Positions 19,902-29,705 of a stretch of DNA of 64,000 bases are shown piece by piece. The stretch lies in the NCBI GenBank assembly GCA_049521795.1, contig JBEKOM010000006.1:35663-99662 (forward strand), in the 5' to 3' direction. Source of the DNA: Candidatus Bathyarchaeia archaeon (GTDB lineage: Archaea; Thermoproteota; Bathyarchaeia; Bathyarchaeales; Bathycorpusculaceae). The notes beneath the pieces are model-generated. The model saw only the letters and a program-made list of their open reading frames with translations, was not told where the DNA came from and made no database searches. The translations under genes and the position numbers were made by a program. The first letter of the stretch is position 1. Each line of letters begins with the position of its first letter.

Positions 19902-19990
19902 GCGGGGTTGCCCTAGCCTGGTAGGGGGCAGGCCTGCTAAGTCTGTGGCTGGAAACGGCCGCGTGGGTTCAAATCCCACACCCCGCGCCA
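19902..19990 (+). tRNA. tRNA-Ser(GCT), long variable arm, CCA encoded; island integration site
   Basis: Acceptor GCGGGGT/ACCCCGC, anticodon loop CTGCTAA, GGTTCAAATCC T-arm, discriminator G. Confidence 0.95.
19966..19990 (+). repeat. attL core, 25-bp direct repeat (3' end of tRNA-Ser)
   Basis: GGTTCAAATCCCACACCCCGCGCCA identical to 35022-35046. Confidence 0.95.
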
Positions 19991-20161
19991 ATAGACCACT
20001 AGACGAAGCTTTGCGTTTTGAAGAGATATTTGAATTATCTTGAAGAATTGACGAGATTTCTGCTTTTAGCCCATTCTGAGAACTCATTCATTCTCATCCT
20101 CGATTTAAACCAGTCCTTCTCGTAAAAGCGCGCGCGCAAACCCTACAGTGGAGGCAGATTC

Positions 20162-20452
20162 ATGCGAGACAGCGTGAGTATTGCGAACATTTGGTTAGCA
20201 GAGATCAAAGGAGATGATGTCTCAAAGTTGAGACATCTCTATCAGAGTGCCGTTGACTTCTTACCAGTTTTAGGTCGAATTATCAGAATGACACAAGAGA
20301 AGAATGAGATCAGAGCTAGTGAGGTTATTCACAGAGGTACAGAGCTTACTCTGCAAGTGGCTGGAAAACACACAAGCATCCTGAAGTATTTTGGAGTAGA
20401 GATTGATGAAAGACAAGGTGGAATAACCTTCAAAACAGAGTCTAGAGCCTAG
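20162..20452 (+). CDS. Hypothetical protein (island, first gene)
   Basis: 96-aa ORF with GGAGG SD; no recognised motif. Confidence 0.6.
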   Translation: MRDSVSIANIWLAEIKGDDVSKLRHLYQSAVDFLPVLGRIIRMTQEKNEIRASEVIHRGTELTLQVAGKHTSILKYFGVEIDERQGGITFKTESRA

Positions 20453-20700
20453 TGCTCAATTCATTTTTCTTTGGAAAATTCCTTATGTAAAAAATAAATA
20501 AGAAAAAGACCAAAGAAAAATCCGTGGGTACATCATAACAGAAACTAGAATTTTCTTCCTAAGGTCGCGCGCGCTGGACACCATCCCTATCTAGACGCTG
20601 CTAGTAGTTTTAATTTTCACGTGCTTTCTCGGGTTCAGTTGATCGCCTGCCACGCAATCTGCGTTAAAAGCAAAAGTAGCGCGCGCCGAAGAAGCTTGAA

Positions 20701-22050
20701 CTATTCGATTTTCATGTAGGCAAGGAGCAACTTCGTCAGATCCACTACATCAAGAATGCAATGCATTTTCTTGGCCCGATCACATTGATTTGTGAATTTC
20801 TCTCGTGGTTCGTCCAAAAGAATTCCCGTGTAAACGAGAAAAACCACTTGCACTGGCAAATCTACCGCTTTGACAAGATTTGAAGCAATATCCTTCAGGG
20901 TGATCTTCGGATAGCCCTTTCCCTTGATAATGATAGCGGCATCTCTCAGATCATTTTCATTGTTGACATACAATTTGTGCAGGTACAGGTCCGCTTTTTC
21001 CGCAGGACTATGAGAAGTGATATTTTGATCATGCAATATTTGTCTCAATCTCTTCCCTATCTCGTTCTCTGACATTTGTTTTGTGCTCTGCAATTGATCA
21101 TGTGTGACATCTGAGATTTCACGCGTTTTTCTAAATGAATACACATCATAAACGGTTATTTTTCCGACCCTTCCAGTTGGAGTAATAAAGACTTCATTCT
21201 CAAGGTCGAATATCTTTTGCACTTCGGTGGAATTGATTTCCTCAAATGGCATCAACAGATGTTCATTTCCGGACTTGTCGAGAAATCGTGCAAAGTAGAG
21301 ATTGTCATTGTAAAACTTGTCAAACTCAAATTTGAAATGGTTCAGATCAAAGAAAATAGGCACTGCGGCCTTAACCAGCACATCATAAACCATGGTATAG
21401 TTGACCACAAGCTGGTTCCCGTTGTCAATGCCTCTACAGATCTTCTTCAAATGCGCTATGAACAAGTCTAGTCTCTTGTCTAGCAGAGAAGAGACTATCC
21501 TGCCTTTGAATTTGTGTTCTGACCGTCTTGAGTTCTCGTACAAAACGAGCATGCCAGAGGCTGTATCTTTTGATTTCTCAAGTCTTCCATTGATATACAG
21601 TAGTTCGCAGGCAACTGTAGCCTTCTCAATAGTGGATACGTTGACATTGGATGCCACGGTTTCATGTAGATCCAAGGCCAAACTGCCCTCAATCGGAATG
21701 AAGTCGAAGGTGAGCGGATCCTCGATGTGGACCAGCTTCAGCAGGTCAGCTGCCATCGCGATTTTCTCCGGCGTGATAACACATATTTTCTTGAACGCGT
21801 AGCAAAGAACTAACACGTTGCCTAATACTGATTCCTTGCCGATTTCGACTGTTTCTTTGAAGGACCATGACTTCAGTTCTGAATACGCAAAGTCAACTAT
21901 TTCCTTTCTGAATTCGGCTGTGGAGAAGACGAATACTGAGCTTATCCTGTTTAAGAGACTTCTAATTACCTCAAGATTCTTCTCCCTGATTGCACGACTA
22001 ATCAATTTCCTGCAAAATTCAAGATCTCTGAAATCATTTTCATTAGCCAT
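20701..22050 (-). CDS. Hypothetical protein with C-terminal restriction-endonuclease-like (Mrr-like) domain
   Basis: C-terminal SENEIG...EKADL...AAIIIKG...LTKLLLAY pattern; helical N-terminus; start moved to ATG 22050. Confidence 0.55.
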   Translation of the reverse strand: MANENDFRDLEFCRKLISRAIREKNLEVIRSLLNRISSVFVFSTAEFRKEIVDFAYSELKSWSFKETVEIGKESVLGNVLVLCYAFKKICVITPEKIAMAADLLKLVHIEDPLTFDFIPIEGSLALDLHETVASNVNVSTIEKATVACELLYINGRLEKSKDTASGMLVLYENSRRSEHKFKGRIVSSLLDKRLDLFIAHLKKICRGIDNGNQLVVNYTMVYDVLVKAAVPIFFDLNHFKFEFDKFYNDNLYFARFLDKSGNEHLLMPFEEINSTEVQKIFDLENEVFITPTGRVGKITVYDVYSFRKTREISDVTHDQLQSTKQMSENEIGKRLRQILHDQNITSHSPAEKADLYLHKLYVNNENDLRDAAIIIKGKGYPKITLKDIASNLVKAVDLPVQVVFLVYTGILLDEPREKFTNQCDRAKKMHCILDVVDLTKLLLAYMKIE

Positions 22051-22081
22051 TGACAGAAGAATATCCAAAGATAATCCGAAA

Positions 22082-23059
22082 TCACTGAACTCCAGGACCA
22101 AAGTCCTCCAATCCCAATTGCTTTGCGCCAGTCCTTTGAGACGCAATCCTCTTGTATAATTCTTCTGCTATGTCAAACGCTGTCTGGTTCTTTCCTATAA
22201 TGCCATCAGGTATAAAGAAGGTAATTCTTCCAGTCGACGATACTCTTGTGGTGATTGTGATTCCTCCACCAAACGCCAACCTTCCCTCTAGTTCAAGCAG
22301 AGCAATCTTTCCCTCGCCAATCAAATCCAACACAACAGGGGCAGCAACAACACGATACCCTGCGAATTTCGCACGCACAAAATATTGGAGAATCTCCTTC
22401 ATTTCTCCTTTGATCTTCTGTTTGGCGATTTTCTTCAGTTTCTCGCTTTCGCCAGGCGAAAGAGAAACATATTGAATGTCATCACCGAATTTTGTACGTA
22501 TTACATCCATTTCTTCTTTTGAGAAGCCTGTTTCATATGTTCTAAATCCTCCTTTTACGCTTCCTCTAATGCAATAGTTCGCGAATCTTAGTGCAGTAGC
22601 AGATATCTTGTCGTCTCCGCCAAAGAGGACAATCTTTGCTTTAGTGCTTGTCAAATACATGTTGATTACAACCCTGTAGGAAGGATTGACTGCTCGCAGC
22701 CGCCTCGTAGAGATTTTTAGATCGCCTTTCTCAAAATCAAGTCTTGTAGGCGTCTCCCTAGCATAGATGGATTTGATCGTATTCTCAAAGAAATCGAAAT
22801 CAAGAAAGCCTTCTCTGTACCGTCTTTTCTCCTTTCTCCTGAAACCATAATCTTCCAAGAGCTTTCGTCTTATACTATCAGCAGTCTCGTTGAGGTTTGC
22901 TTGCTCGTCAAACTCGGTTTCCGAGACAAGAACTGTGACTGGCATTATGGTAGGAGTCCGAACTTCCTCTTCTTCAACAACGAGATCATCCAGCGAAAAA
23001 TCGTCTTCCATAGAGTATCCAGTTCTATGAGTGATAATGAAACCTATATGACTTGCCAT
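22082..23059 (-). CDS. Hypothetical alpha/beta protein, co-oriented partner of the 20701 nuclease-like gene
   Basis: 325-aa ORF about 30 bp from the downstream gene; no certain family. Confidence 0.7.
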   Translation of the reverse strand: MASHIGFIITHRTGYSMEDDFSLDDLVVEEEEVRTPTIMPVTVLVSETEFDEQANLNETADSIRRKLLEDYGFRRKEKRRYREGFLDFDFFENTIKSIYARETPTRLDFEKGDLKISTRRLRAVNPSYRVVINMYLTSTKAKIVLFGGDDKISATALRFANYCIRGSVKGGFRTYETGFSKEEMDVIRTKFGDDIQYVSLSPGESEKLKKIAKQKIKGEMKEILQYFVRAKFAGYRVVAAPVVLDLIGEGKIALLELEGRLAFGGGITITTRVSSTGRITFFIPDGIIGKNQTAFDIAEELYKRIASQRTGAKQLGLEDFGPGVQ

Positions 23060-23243
23060 TGAACCCTAGGATGTGCTAATCTTACTCCACTCTTAAGCGT
23101 CTTTCTAGTCTTCCTGTTCTTTTCAGTCTCTCAACCTCCACAGGTCTAGTGCTTCAAAAATCGCGTCTGAACGGTTCAGACTACAGACCTTTTAATAATT
23201 TGGTGGTTGATTGATTCTCTGTTTGCTCAACGGAGGTGAAAAC

Positions 23244-23678
23244 GTGGTTGAAAAGCCAAATCCGACAGACGTTGAGGTTGTCACAGAAAAACTGAAGAAC
23301 GGAAAGCTGAAAGTAGTCGGCTCAAACCCCAAGTCCAAACCGAAGGCTAAAGAGGCAACTGGCGACATGAAGCCAATGCTGAAGAAGCAGAACCCAGAAT
23401 CGAAGCACAAGACAGCAGTGAGTGATCAGCAACATCAACAACGACCGCTGGTTGAGCTGAATGAAGAGAATTTTCTGAAGGCCATGCGAGAGCTCGGAGG
23501 CAAGAACGTCACCACATCGCAGTTGTGGCCGTACTTCATCTCTGCAGACACGAAGCCACAGCAGAGGTTTCCAGTCATGCATCGGTTCGCGCGGAAGATG
23601 GAGAAGGCAGGCAAGATAACGATAACAACGAACCCCGAGAGAAAGCGTTTGCAGTACATGTACACCTTGACAGACTAG
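23244..23678 (+). CDS. Hypothetical protein with C-terminal winged-helix-like domain
   Basis: GGAGGTGA SD before GTG 23244; Lys-rich N-terminus, FLKAMRELGGKNVTTSQL...KMEKAGKITI...YTL. Confidence 0.6.
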   Translation: MVEKPNPTDVEVVTEKLKNGKLKVVGSNPKSKPKAKEATGDMKPMLKKQNPESKHKTAVSDQQHQQRPLVELNEENFLKAMRELGGKNVTTSQLWPYFISADTKPQQRFPVMHRFARKMEKAGKITITTNPERKRLQYMYTLTD

Positions 23679-23747
23679 ACGTGACATCCAGATAGCGATT
23701 CAGGAGATCACTGGAATAGGCGCGTGCGCAGTCTTTGCCTTAATGGT

Positions 23748-24920
23748 TTACTGTACCTTGATGACCATGTCGCCGTCTATGAGTCTTCTTTCAAGCACGT
23801 TTTTTGCCTCCGATTTTTCTTCGTCTGCAATAGCTAGAGTACATCGGATTTCTTTGGGATTGAAGAGTATGCTAACGGCGTCCGGTGGGTACACTTTTCG
23901 AAAGACAGAGTGTCTTCGCCAAACCTGAATGTTATCGGATAACACAAGTAGATACAATGTCGGCGTTTTCTCCAGAGGAATTTGGTAGTCGTGAAGGATG
24001 GGATCATTCACCAAATTGTGAAGTGATATCACAGCTGCGGCGTCAACGACCTCTCCATCAAACCACTGTCTACCCCAATCTATGAACTCGTAAGATCCGT
24101 TTTTCTCTTCTGTTTCTTCCGAAAGATAAAGCAAGTTCTTAGGATTATGCTCTGCATAAAGAGCGTCAATGAGGTTAAGAACAATCAGGGCGCTCAGAAT
24201 CCCGTGATCAACGAAACCTTCTTTCACTTTCTTGTAAAAGTATTGCTTAAGATCAATGTCAAAGCCATACTCGGCAACTCTGTGCTCAATTAGCTTAAAT
24301 GAATTGTCACCGCGATACAAGGTTTCCAAATTTTCGAACCATGTTTCAGAACCGCTAGACTTCAAGTGTTTTCCGCGTTTGAGCAAATTCGCAAAACGTA
24401 GTCGGGACGAATCAGGCTTTTTTGGAAGGTGATCTTGCTTGAATGTGTCAATTTTCTGGAAGAACCTCTCCATTTGCCCGTACAGTATTTCAACGGGATA
24501 GCCAACGTCGTGCAGAAGTGAAGACAATTTCCAAACTAATGGGTCAATATGTCGCATGTGACCTTCTATTCTTTCCACCTTACACATGAAATACAAACCA
24601 AGCAAGTAGGTATTGAAGGAATGCACAAGATGATCCCTCAAATGCTCATCGAAGAATTGCGCACCTGTCTCGATTCTTTCCAGAAAATCCAGCAGTTCTA
24701 CAAACATTGGAGCCTTGCCATGTTCTGCTAGTATTTTGCTCGTCATTTCTACGGATAGATCCTTTCTTTCTCTAAGTGCTTCATTGTTTTCTTTGTTCTC
24801 ATCGTAGGCAAGGAATCTTCGTAGCTGCTCTTTTATCTTTTTGAGACCGTATCTCCTCAAGCTAGGATTGTCTTTTTCAAGAACTGAATATATGTCCTTT
24901 TCAATGCCTAACAGACTCAT
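23748..24920 (-). CDS. HD-domain phosphohydrolase (HD-CE/dGTPase-like)
   Basis: RDHLVHS, LLHDVGYP, DHGILSA, ISLHN, LSDNIQVWRR. Confidence 0.8.
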   Translation of the reverse strand: MSLLGIEKDIYSVLEKDNPSLRRYGLKKIKEQLRRFLAYDENKENNEALRERKDLSVEMTSKILAEHGKAPMFVELLDFLERIETGAQFFDEHLRDHLVHSFNTYLLGLYFMCKVERIEGHMRHIDPLVWKLSSLLHDVGYPVEILYGQMERFFQKIDTFKQDHLPKKPDSSRLRFANLLKRGKHLKSSGSETWFENLETLYRGDNSFKLIEHRVAEYGFDIDLKQYFYKKVKEGFVDHGILSALIVLNLIDALYAEHNPKNLLYLSEETEEKNGSYEFIDWGRQWFDGEVVDAAAVISLHNLVNDPILHDYQIPLEKTPTLYLLVLSDNIQVWRRHSVFRKVYPPDAVSILFNPKEIRCTLAIADEEKSEAKNVLERRLIDGDMVIKVQ

Positions 24921-25196
24921 GATTATCCGCCTAATACACTATGGTTGGTGACAACGACGCGCGCTTATTGTACCCAATACACTCGGTATTCATCCGTGCT
25001 GCCTTCATATTTCTCGTATCCAATCTTTAGTAGGCCTGTTTTTTTTGAGATGGTTAGAAGGAAAGATGTTGCCAAAACTTGCCTGTCCCTGTGTTTTGCC
25101 CTTGAACAATCTGGGAAATCTATCTATCATTTCCTTCGCTAATCCCCATGAGTCGAATACATTTGCTTTTTCCTGACGCTTCTCTTTTTAGCCGAT

Positions 25197-25619
25197 TCAT
25201 GGGCCTCCTAGATGCGCTTTCAAGATTGTTGAACCAATTTCTATCAGGAACAAGATGTAGTCTTTGTTTGACTTAATCGCGTCTTTTATTTTCTGTAGTC
25301 GGGACTTTTCGTTTTGGTTTCTGACTTCACTAAGTAGATTATTGATTGTTGTATCCTTAATACCCTCTCTGGCTAGCATATAGTCTGTTTTCAGCTTCAT
25401 TCTCCTCGTCAAATACATATCTTCGGTGAGTTTGCCTCGATTGTGTTCCTCTCGCAACTCTTCAAGCTCAGAGAGAGCTACTTTCATTTCGACAAGTTGC
25501 CGCCTTAGAGGCTTAAGTCGGTCTTCTAGGTCAGGTCTTTTCACGATAAGTTCTTTTATCTGTTCAGAAGCTTGGTCTAAATCTGCGATTGAAGGCTCTT
25601 CTAGCGGGCACATTTTCAT
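25197..25619 (-). CDS. Small coiled-coil protein
   Basis: ATGA overlap with the upstream gene stop; heptad-rich; RGKLTEDMY motif. Confidence 0.7.
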   Translation of the reverse strand: MKMCPLEEPSIADLDQASEQIKELIVKRPDLEDRLKPLRRQLVEMKVALSELEELREEHNRGKLTEDMYLTRRMKLKTDYMLAREGIKDTTINNLLSEVRNQNEKSRLQKIKDAIKSNKDYILFLIEIGSTILKAHLGGP

Positions 25620-26812
25620 TCTGTTCCTTTGTCTTGAATGCCAACTAAATCTTCTATTTCTTTGGAACATGTCTTCTTCAAAGTCTTCTGAAGGTCGATT
25701 AGTTTTGTTTTGATAAGCCCCATTGCTTTAAGTGTCTTAACTCGATAAGTGCGATAGACATCTTCCGTGATTTCCTTTTTGACAAATTCTTCTTCATATC
25801 TTGCTAATTCTGTTTCCTGTACTTCATAATCCACTTTTAGCGAAGTGAACTCCTTTTGTATTTCTTCAAGATTGGCTCTATATCGTTCTTTGCGCTTTGC
25901 TTTTTCTGAATTAGCTCTTGCTTTAAGATTTTCGACTTTGCCAAATAGCTCAATTAGAGTATGCTCAATTCCCAGTTGAGCCATTATATCGACTTTCGGT
26001 TCAGTTTCCGCCTTTTCCAGTTCCTCCGATATTCCTATGATTTCTTTATCAACCAACGTTAAACCTGTTTCGGCACCTATGATTTTTGGAATAATCTTGA
26101 CTTTCTTCAAAACATAATTAAATACATCGTCTTCTGATCTAAACTCCTCGGCATTGCCACGCTCTTTTATTGAATAGAATATCTCTTTTCTAGAATCTAT
26201 ATCTGGTTCTATCTTATGTGCTTCTTCGTCAGTTATCAGGTAATAAGAGTCTTTGGTTATTTTTTCTTTGATTTCGTTGGGGGTTCTTAAATACGACTCG
26301 TACATCGTGAAATCAATTAATCCTGTCTCTTGTCTTGCTTTGCTTATTCCTTTCTTGAAAATGGGTGAAAGAGGGCTTTTTTCTTTATCGACTAGAATCA
26401 CTTTCAGCAAGTAATCTCGTACGCTGGAGTGTTTCCCACCGATTTTGCCAATGTGCCTGAAAACATCAATGTCAAAACTTGGGTTGCCGACAATCTCAGC
26501 AGTTTCCTTGTTTACCTCCAACTTAAGCGATAAACGGAAATAATAGTCGGATGGGTCAGCATGCTCCGAGATTCTAGTGTTGAGATAAGCGTATATTTCG
26601 CTAATGACTTCAGAGATTTTCTGTTTGTTCTTGCGACCAATTGCAGAATTATAGAATGTTTTTTTCCTAGCTGCATACTCTTCGTCTGAAGGATACCTAT
26701 AATGTCCAACTGCGCCTGCAACGGATGCGTATGTTCTGTGACTAATTGCTTCAAAACTCAGAATGCGGGTGATTGGTTCGAGTATTATGGTCTCGATTTT
26801 TTTCCTTGGCAT
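25616..26812 (-). CDS. Hypothetical protein with C-terminal coiled coil
   Basis: 398-aa ORF; KKEITEDVY motif; TATA-like TATATA upstream. Confidence 0.75.
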   Translation of the reverse strand: MPRKKIETIILEPITRILSFEAISHRTYASVAGAVGHYRYPSDEEYAARKKTFYNSAIGRKNKQKISEVISEIYAYLNTRISEHADPSDYYFRLSLKLEVNKETAEIVGNPSFDIDVFRHIGKIGGKHSSVRDYLLKVILVDKEKSPLSPIFKKGISKARQETGLIDFTMYESYLRTPNEIKEKITKDSYYLITDEEAHKIEPDIDSRKEIFYSIKERGNAEEFRSEDDVFNYVLKKVKIIPKIIGAETGLTLVDKEIIGISEELEKAETEPKVDIMAQLGIEHTLIELFGKVENLKARANSEKAKRKERYRANLEEIQKEFTSLKVDYEVQETELARYEEEFVKKEITEDVYRTYRVKTLKAMGLIKTKLIDLQKTLKKTCSKEIEDLVGIQDKGTE

Positions 26813-26903
26813 TTTCTGTCTACCTTGGTATATATTTGAAGTTGACTCTTAAATTTATCCAACATTTATCAATATGCTTGATCGAGTAGGCTAACCTACT
26901 GAT

Positions 26904-26994
26904 GAACTTTCGAGTTTCTGACTTTCCAAAAGAAAAGAAAAAAGATGAAGTTTCCAAGATTTTCTTTGATTTATAAAGTTGAAAATAGAAACCT
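26904..26994. repeat. Island intergenic repeat copy 1 (inverted arms, contains TTTATAAA)
   Basis: ACTTTCGAGTTTCTGACTTT...GATGAAGTTTCCAAGAT...TTATAAAGTTGAAAATAGAAACC, similar to the 29577 and 30923 copies. Confidence 0.8.
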
Positions 26995-27010
26995 TGATAC
27001 GGTGAAAGAA

Positions 27011-27958
27011 ATGAGTGTTCGCCAGCAAGATATGGAAAGAATGCTCGAGCACACGAAGAAAACCGCGGATTGGACAAGCAAACTCGTTTCTGCAAACAAC
27101 CTGTTCCATCAAGGTCCTTCACAATATAGTGCTGCTGTAAATCAGTTTGGGAAGATAATCGAAATTCTGCTCAGACATCTATTTCAGGAAATCTCTATCA
27201 TTTTGCCTCCAAAAGACAGGACTGACTTTCTTCGTTTTGAAGGACAGGTTGGCAAAGGAAGACCTTTTGGAAATTTCGGTTTAGGTCAAATGATAGATTT
27301 CTTTTCCAAGGCAGGAATCTTCGTGCTATTGAACGGCTTCTTGAAAGAAAGTGTTTTGGTATCAGCAGATCTCAACACCATCAATGATTTCAGGGTTGGC
27401 CAGACCCACTTCGACGAAAAAATAGAGAGAGGGAAAGTTGATAAAATTCGAGAAGACACGACGAATATCTTGCTCAAACTGGGATTGACAGAGAAAGACC
27501 CGGAGACCATTGAGGTTGCGAAAGCAAAAGTTCAAGAAGACAAGAAAATCCAGAATGAAATGCTGGAAGGTCTGAAGCGTATTCTCACCAAGATTCGTTG
27601 TGGATTGCTTGAGAATGCGACGGTTGAATTTTGGTCTCCTTTGGACAGAGGAGATGGTTGGTCTTCAGTTGTGGAGGCAAAGGCCGAGATAGCAGGTATC
27701 TACATAGATAAGAATAAGCTTTTTACGGTTATCGTTCGGGTTCTTGAAGTTCAGACTCCTCTCGATGAGGAGGAGCAGGCATACCAAGATCTTAGTTCAA
27801 AAGTGAGAGAAATTATCGTTAGGATTGCCCCTGAGGTGAAAGAGAAATTGAAGATTCTATTCTTTGCAGAATATGAAGGACAGATTATTGAGGGGTCTGG
27901 GCTAGAAGGATCAGCAGAAGTTTGTTCAAATGAAAAAGGCAGTTTAACTTTCAAGTAG
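27011..27958 (+). CDS. HEPN (DUF4145-like) domain protein
   Basis: YSAAVNQFGKIIEILL and RVGQTH (Rx4H); GGTGA SD before ATG 27011. Confidence 0.65.
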   Translation: MSVRQQDMERMLEHTKKTADWTSKLVSANNLFHQGPSQYSAAVNQFGKIIEILLRHLFQEISIILPPKDRTDFLRFEGQVGKGRPFGNFGLGQMIDFFSKAGIFVLLNGFLKESVLVSADLNTINDFRVGQTHFDEKIERGKVDKIREDTTNILLKLGLTEKDPETIEVAKAKVQEDKKIQNEMLEGLKRILTKIRCGLLENATVEFWSPLDRGDGWSSVVEAKAEIAGIYIDKNKLFTVIVRVLEVQTPLDEEEQAYQDLSSKVREIIVRIAPEVKEKLKILFFAEYEGQIIEGSGLEGSAEVCSNEKGSLTFK

Positions 27959-28067
27959 AATCGGGTCTAGCGGGTATTATCGCTCGCGCTCATAGAAACA
28001 CATAGTATCTACACATTCTTGTTATCTAAACTGCATAACCAGCACCAGAGATCGAGGTCTCACACAC

Positions 28068-28745
28068 ATGGACAAACAACACTCTATTGCAGATTTCGTT
28101 TTCAAATCGATGGAAAAGGTCTATTCAAATATTAGAGCACTAATCGATGATGCAGTCCTTCTATACAAGAAGAGCCAATTTCCGCGCGCTTCATTCTGCG
28201 CCATGACTGCAATTGAAGAGACCGGCAAACTTTGGATCTTGTCTCTTCAACACATGAAAGCAACTACCAACGGCAACTACAAACCTGATTCACAAAAACT
28301 GACAAAGATACTAACCGATCACACAGGTAAAGCGCTCCAAATGGCTGTCCACTCTCTTTTCATAAATGCGGGCGCTGATCGACGACATGGCATGCACCCC
28401 AAATCAGGCATCCACCGAAGCACGGGTGTGGTCTTACTAGCACGATCAGGGGAGTGGATGGAATGGCGAAACAAGTGCTGTTACGTTGATGTCGACTTCA
28501 GCACAAGCAAATCCGAAGGTTGCCAAGATGCTATCGACAAATCCATAGCCTATTACTTCATCTGCATGGCTTACGAGGGATTAGCAGAGGTTACAGACGC
28601 GGAGGTCTGGCTTGAGGTTCTAGACGAACTTAACGAGTTCATGAAGCTCTATGGGAAAGAAGCTGAATTGGACAAACTGGATTTTCTCGCCAATTCCGAT
28701 AAATATGAAAAACTTGCTCTGAGTCGAAAAACTCGCAAAGGATGA
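28068..28745 (+). CDS. AbiV-family HEPN abortive infection protein
   Basis: NIRALIDDAVLLY...AIEETGK, HTGK, RNKCCYVD. Confidence 0.85.
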   Translation: MDKQHSIADFVFKSMEKVYSNIRALIDDAVLLYKKSQFPRASFCAMTAIEETGKLWILSLQHMKATTNGNYKPDSQKLTKILTDHTGKALQMAVHSLFINAGADRRHGMHPKSGIHRSTGVVLLARSGEWMEWRNKCCYVDVDFSTSKSEGCQDAIDKSIAYYFICMAYEGLAEVTDAEVWLEVLDELNEFMKLYGKEAELDKLDFLANSDKYEKLALSRKTRKG

Positions 28746-28818
28746 ACTTTCTAGTCTTCAACTTTCTCAGCAAAAGAAAATCAAACTAGTACGCGCGAAT
28801 TTTACTGTAGATATCTAT

Positions 28819-29565
28819 CTAAAATATGACTTTTTCTTTTGGTTCTTTTTTTAGTCCTCTTATGCGGACGGGAAGTTGTAGATATCCCAGATGCTCTCCA
28901 TCGATGTCTGTTCCAACCACTGTTATTGTGTGTTCTGATTGTCCAACAATGCCAGCCTCCTCGACTGCGTGCTCCATGCTTTCAATAAGACTAGGCAAGT
29001 ATTCTGCCATTTTTCTTCCATTGCCTTGGTTGTTTTTTCTTTCTTTAGACTTGTTCCGGAAGAACTCTTTTGCAGAGAATCCTCTTCCGGTATCTTTTCC
29101 CTCGGAACTGACTGTGAATTGACCGTTAGCTTGGACCTTTATACTATGTGTTTCACTAATCCAGTTAAGTGCCCCAGTCAGTTTTTGAGCTTCGACCATA
29201 ACTGTGAACCCCAAGAGACTACCAAAATTGGTTGTCAGAAATATGTCACTTACGATCAAAGGAAATGCGTAATAAGCTTCGCATACTCCACTGCTTGCTA
29301 TGGCATCGAGAGCCCTGTGCTGATTCATCCGTTTATTGTTGTTTACGTAGAAAGTCGCTGAAGAATTGTCAATGCCTCCCTTTGCTGCTTTGAACTGAAT
29401 TATAAAGGGTCGAGCGCATGGATAGAGCACGTCGGCTCCAATCATGGATTCCTGCTGCTGGGTAAAACCAATAACTCCAATGCCTGCGCCTACCATTCCT
29501 TCATGGGTAATGTTCAATTCTAAGGTTTTCTCATTTACGAGTCGATGCTGCAATCTTGACCCCAA
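28819..29565 (-). CDS. PD-(D/E)xK nuclease (QxK variant)
   Basis: NEKTLE...QESMIGAD...FIIQFK, AYYAFP. Confidence 0.7.
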   Translation of the reverse strand: MGSRLQHRLVNEKTLELNITHEGMVGAGIGVIGFTQQQESMIGADVLYPCARPFIIQFKAAKGGIDNSSATFYVNNNKRMNQHRALDAIASSGVCEAYYAFPLIVSDIFLTTNFGSLLGFTVMVEAQKLTGALNWISETHSIKVQANGQFTVSSEGKDTGRGFSAKEFFRNKSKERKNNQGNGRKMAEYLPSLIESMEHAVEEAGIVGQSEHTITVVGTDIDGEHLGYLQLPVRIRGLKKEPKEKVIF

Positions 29566-29576
29566 TTTCAGTAGTG

Positions 29577-29665
29577 CTTTCTAGTTTATAACTTACTAAA
29601 CAAGAGAAGAAAAATGAAGTTTCCAAAAATCCTCTTCAGATTATAAAGTAGAAAACTAGAAAACC
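29577..29665. repeat. Island intergenic repeat copy 2
   Basis: CTTTCTAGTTTATAACTT...ATGAAGTTTCCAAAAAT...TTATAAAGTAGAAAACTAGAAAACC. Confidence 0.8.
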
Positions 29666-29705
29666 TCAGTCTCTAGAAATGAAATGAGTAAATGAGGAAA
29701 TTGTT

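Noticed and set aside
20035-20097. Alternative short minus-strand frame MRMNEFSEWAKSRNLVNSSR near attL
   Set aside because: Stops before the att core and is too short to assign; noted as a competing start for the putative N-fragment.
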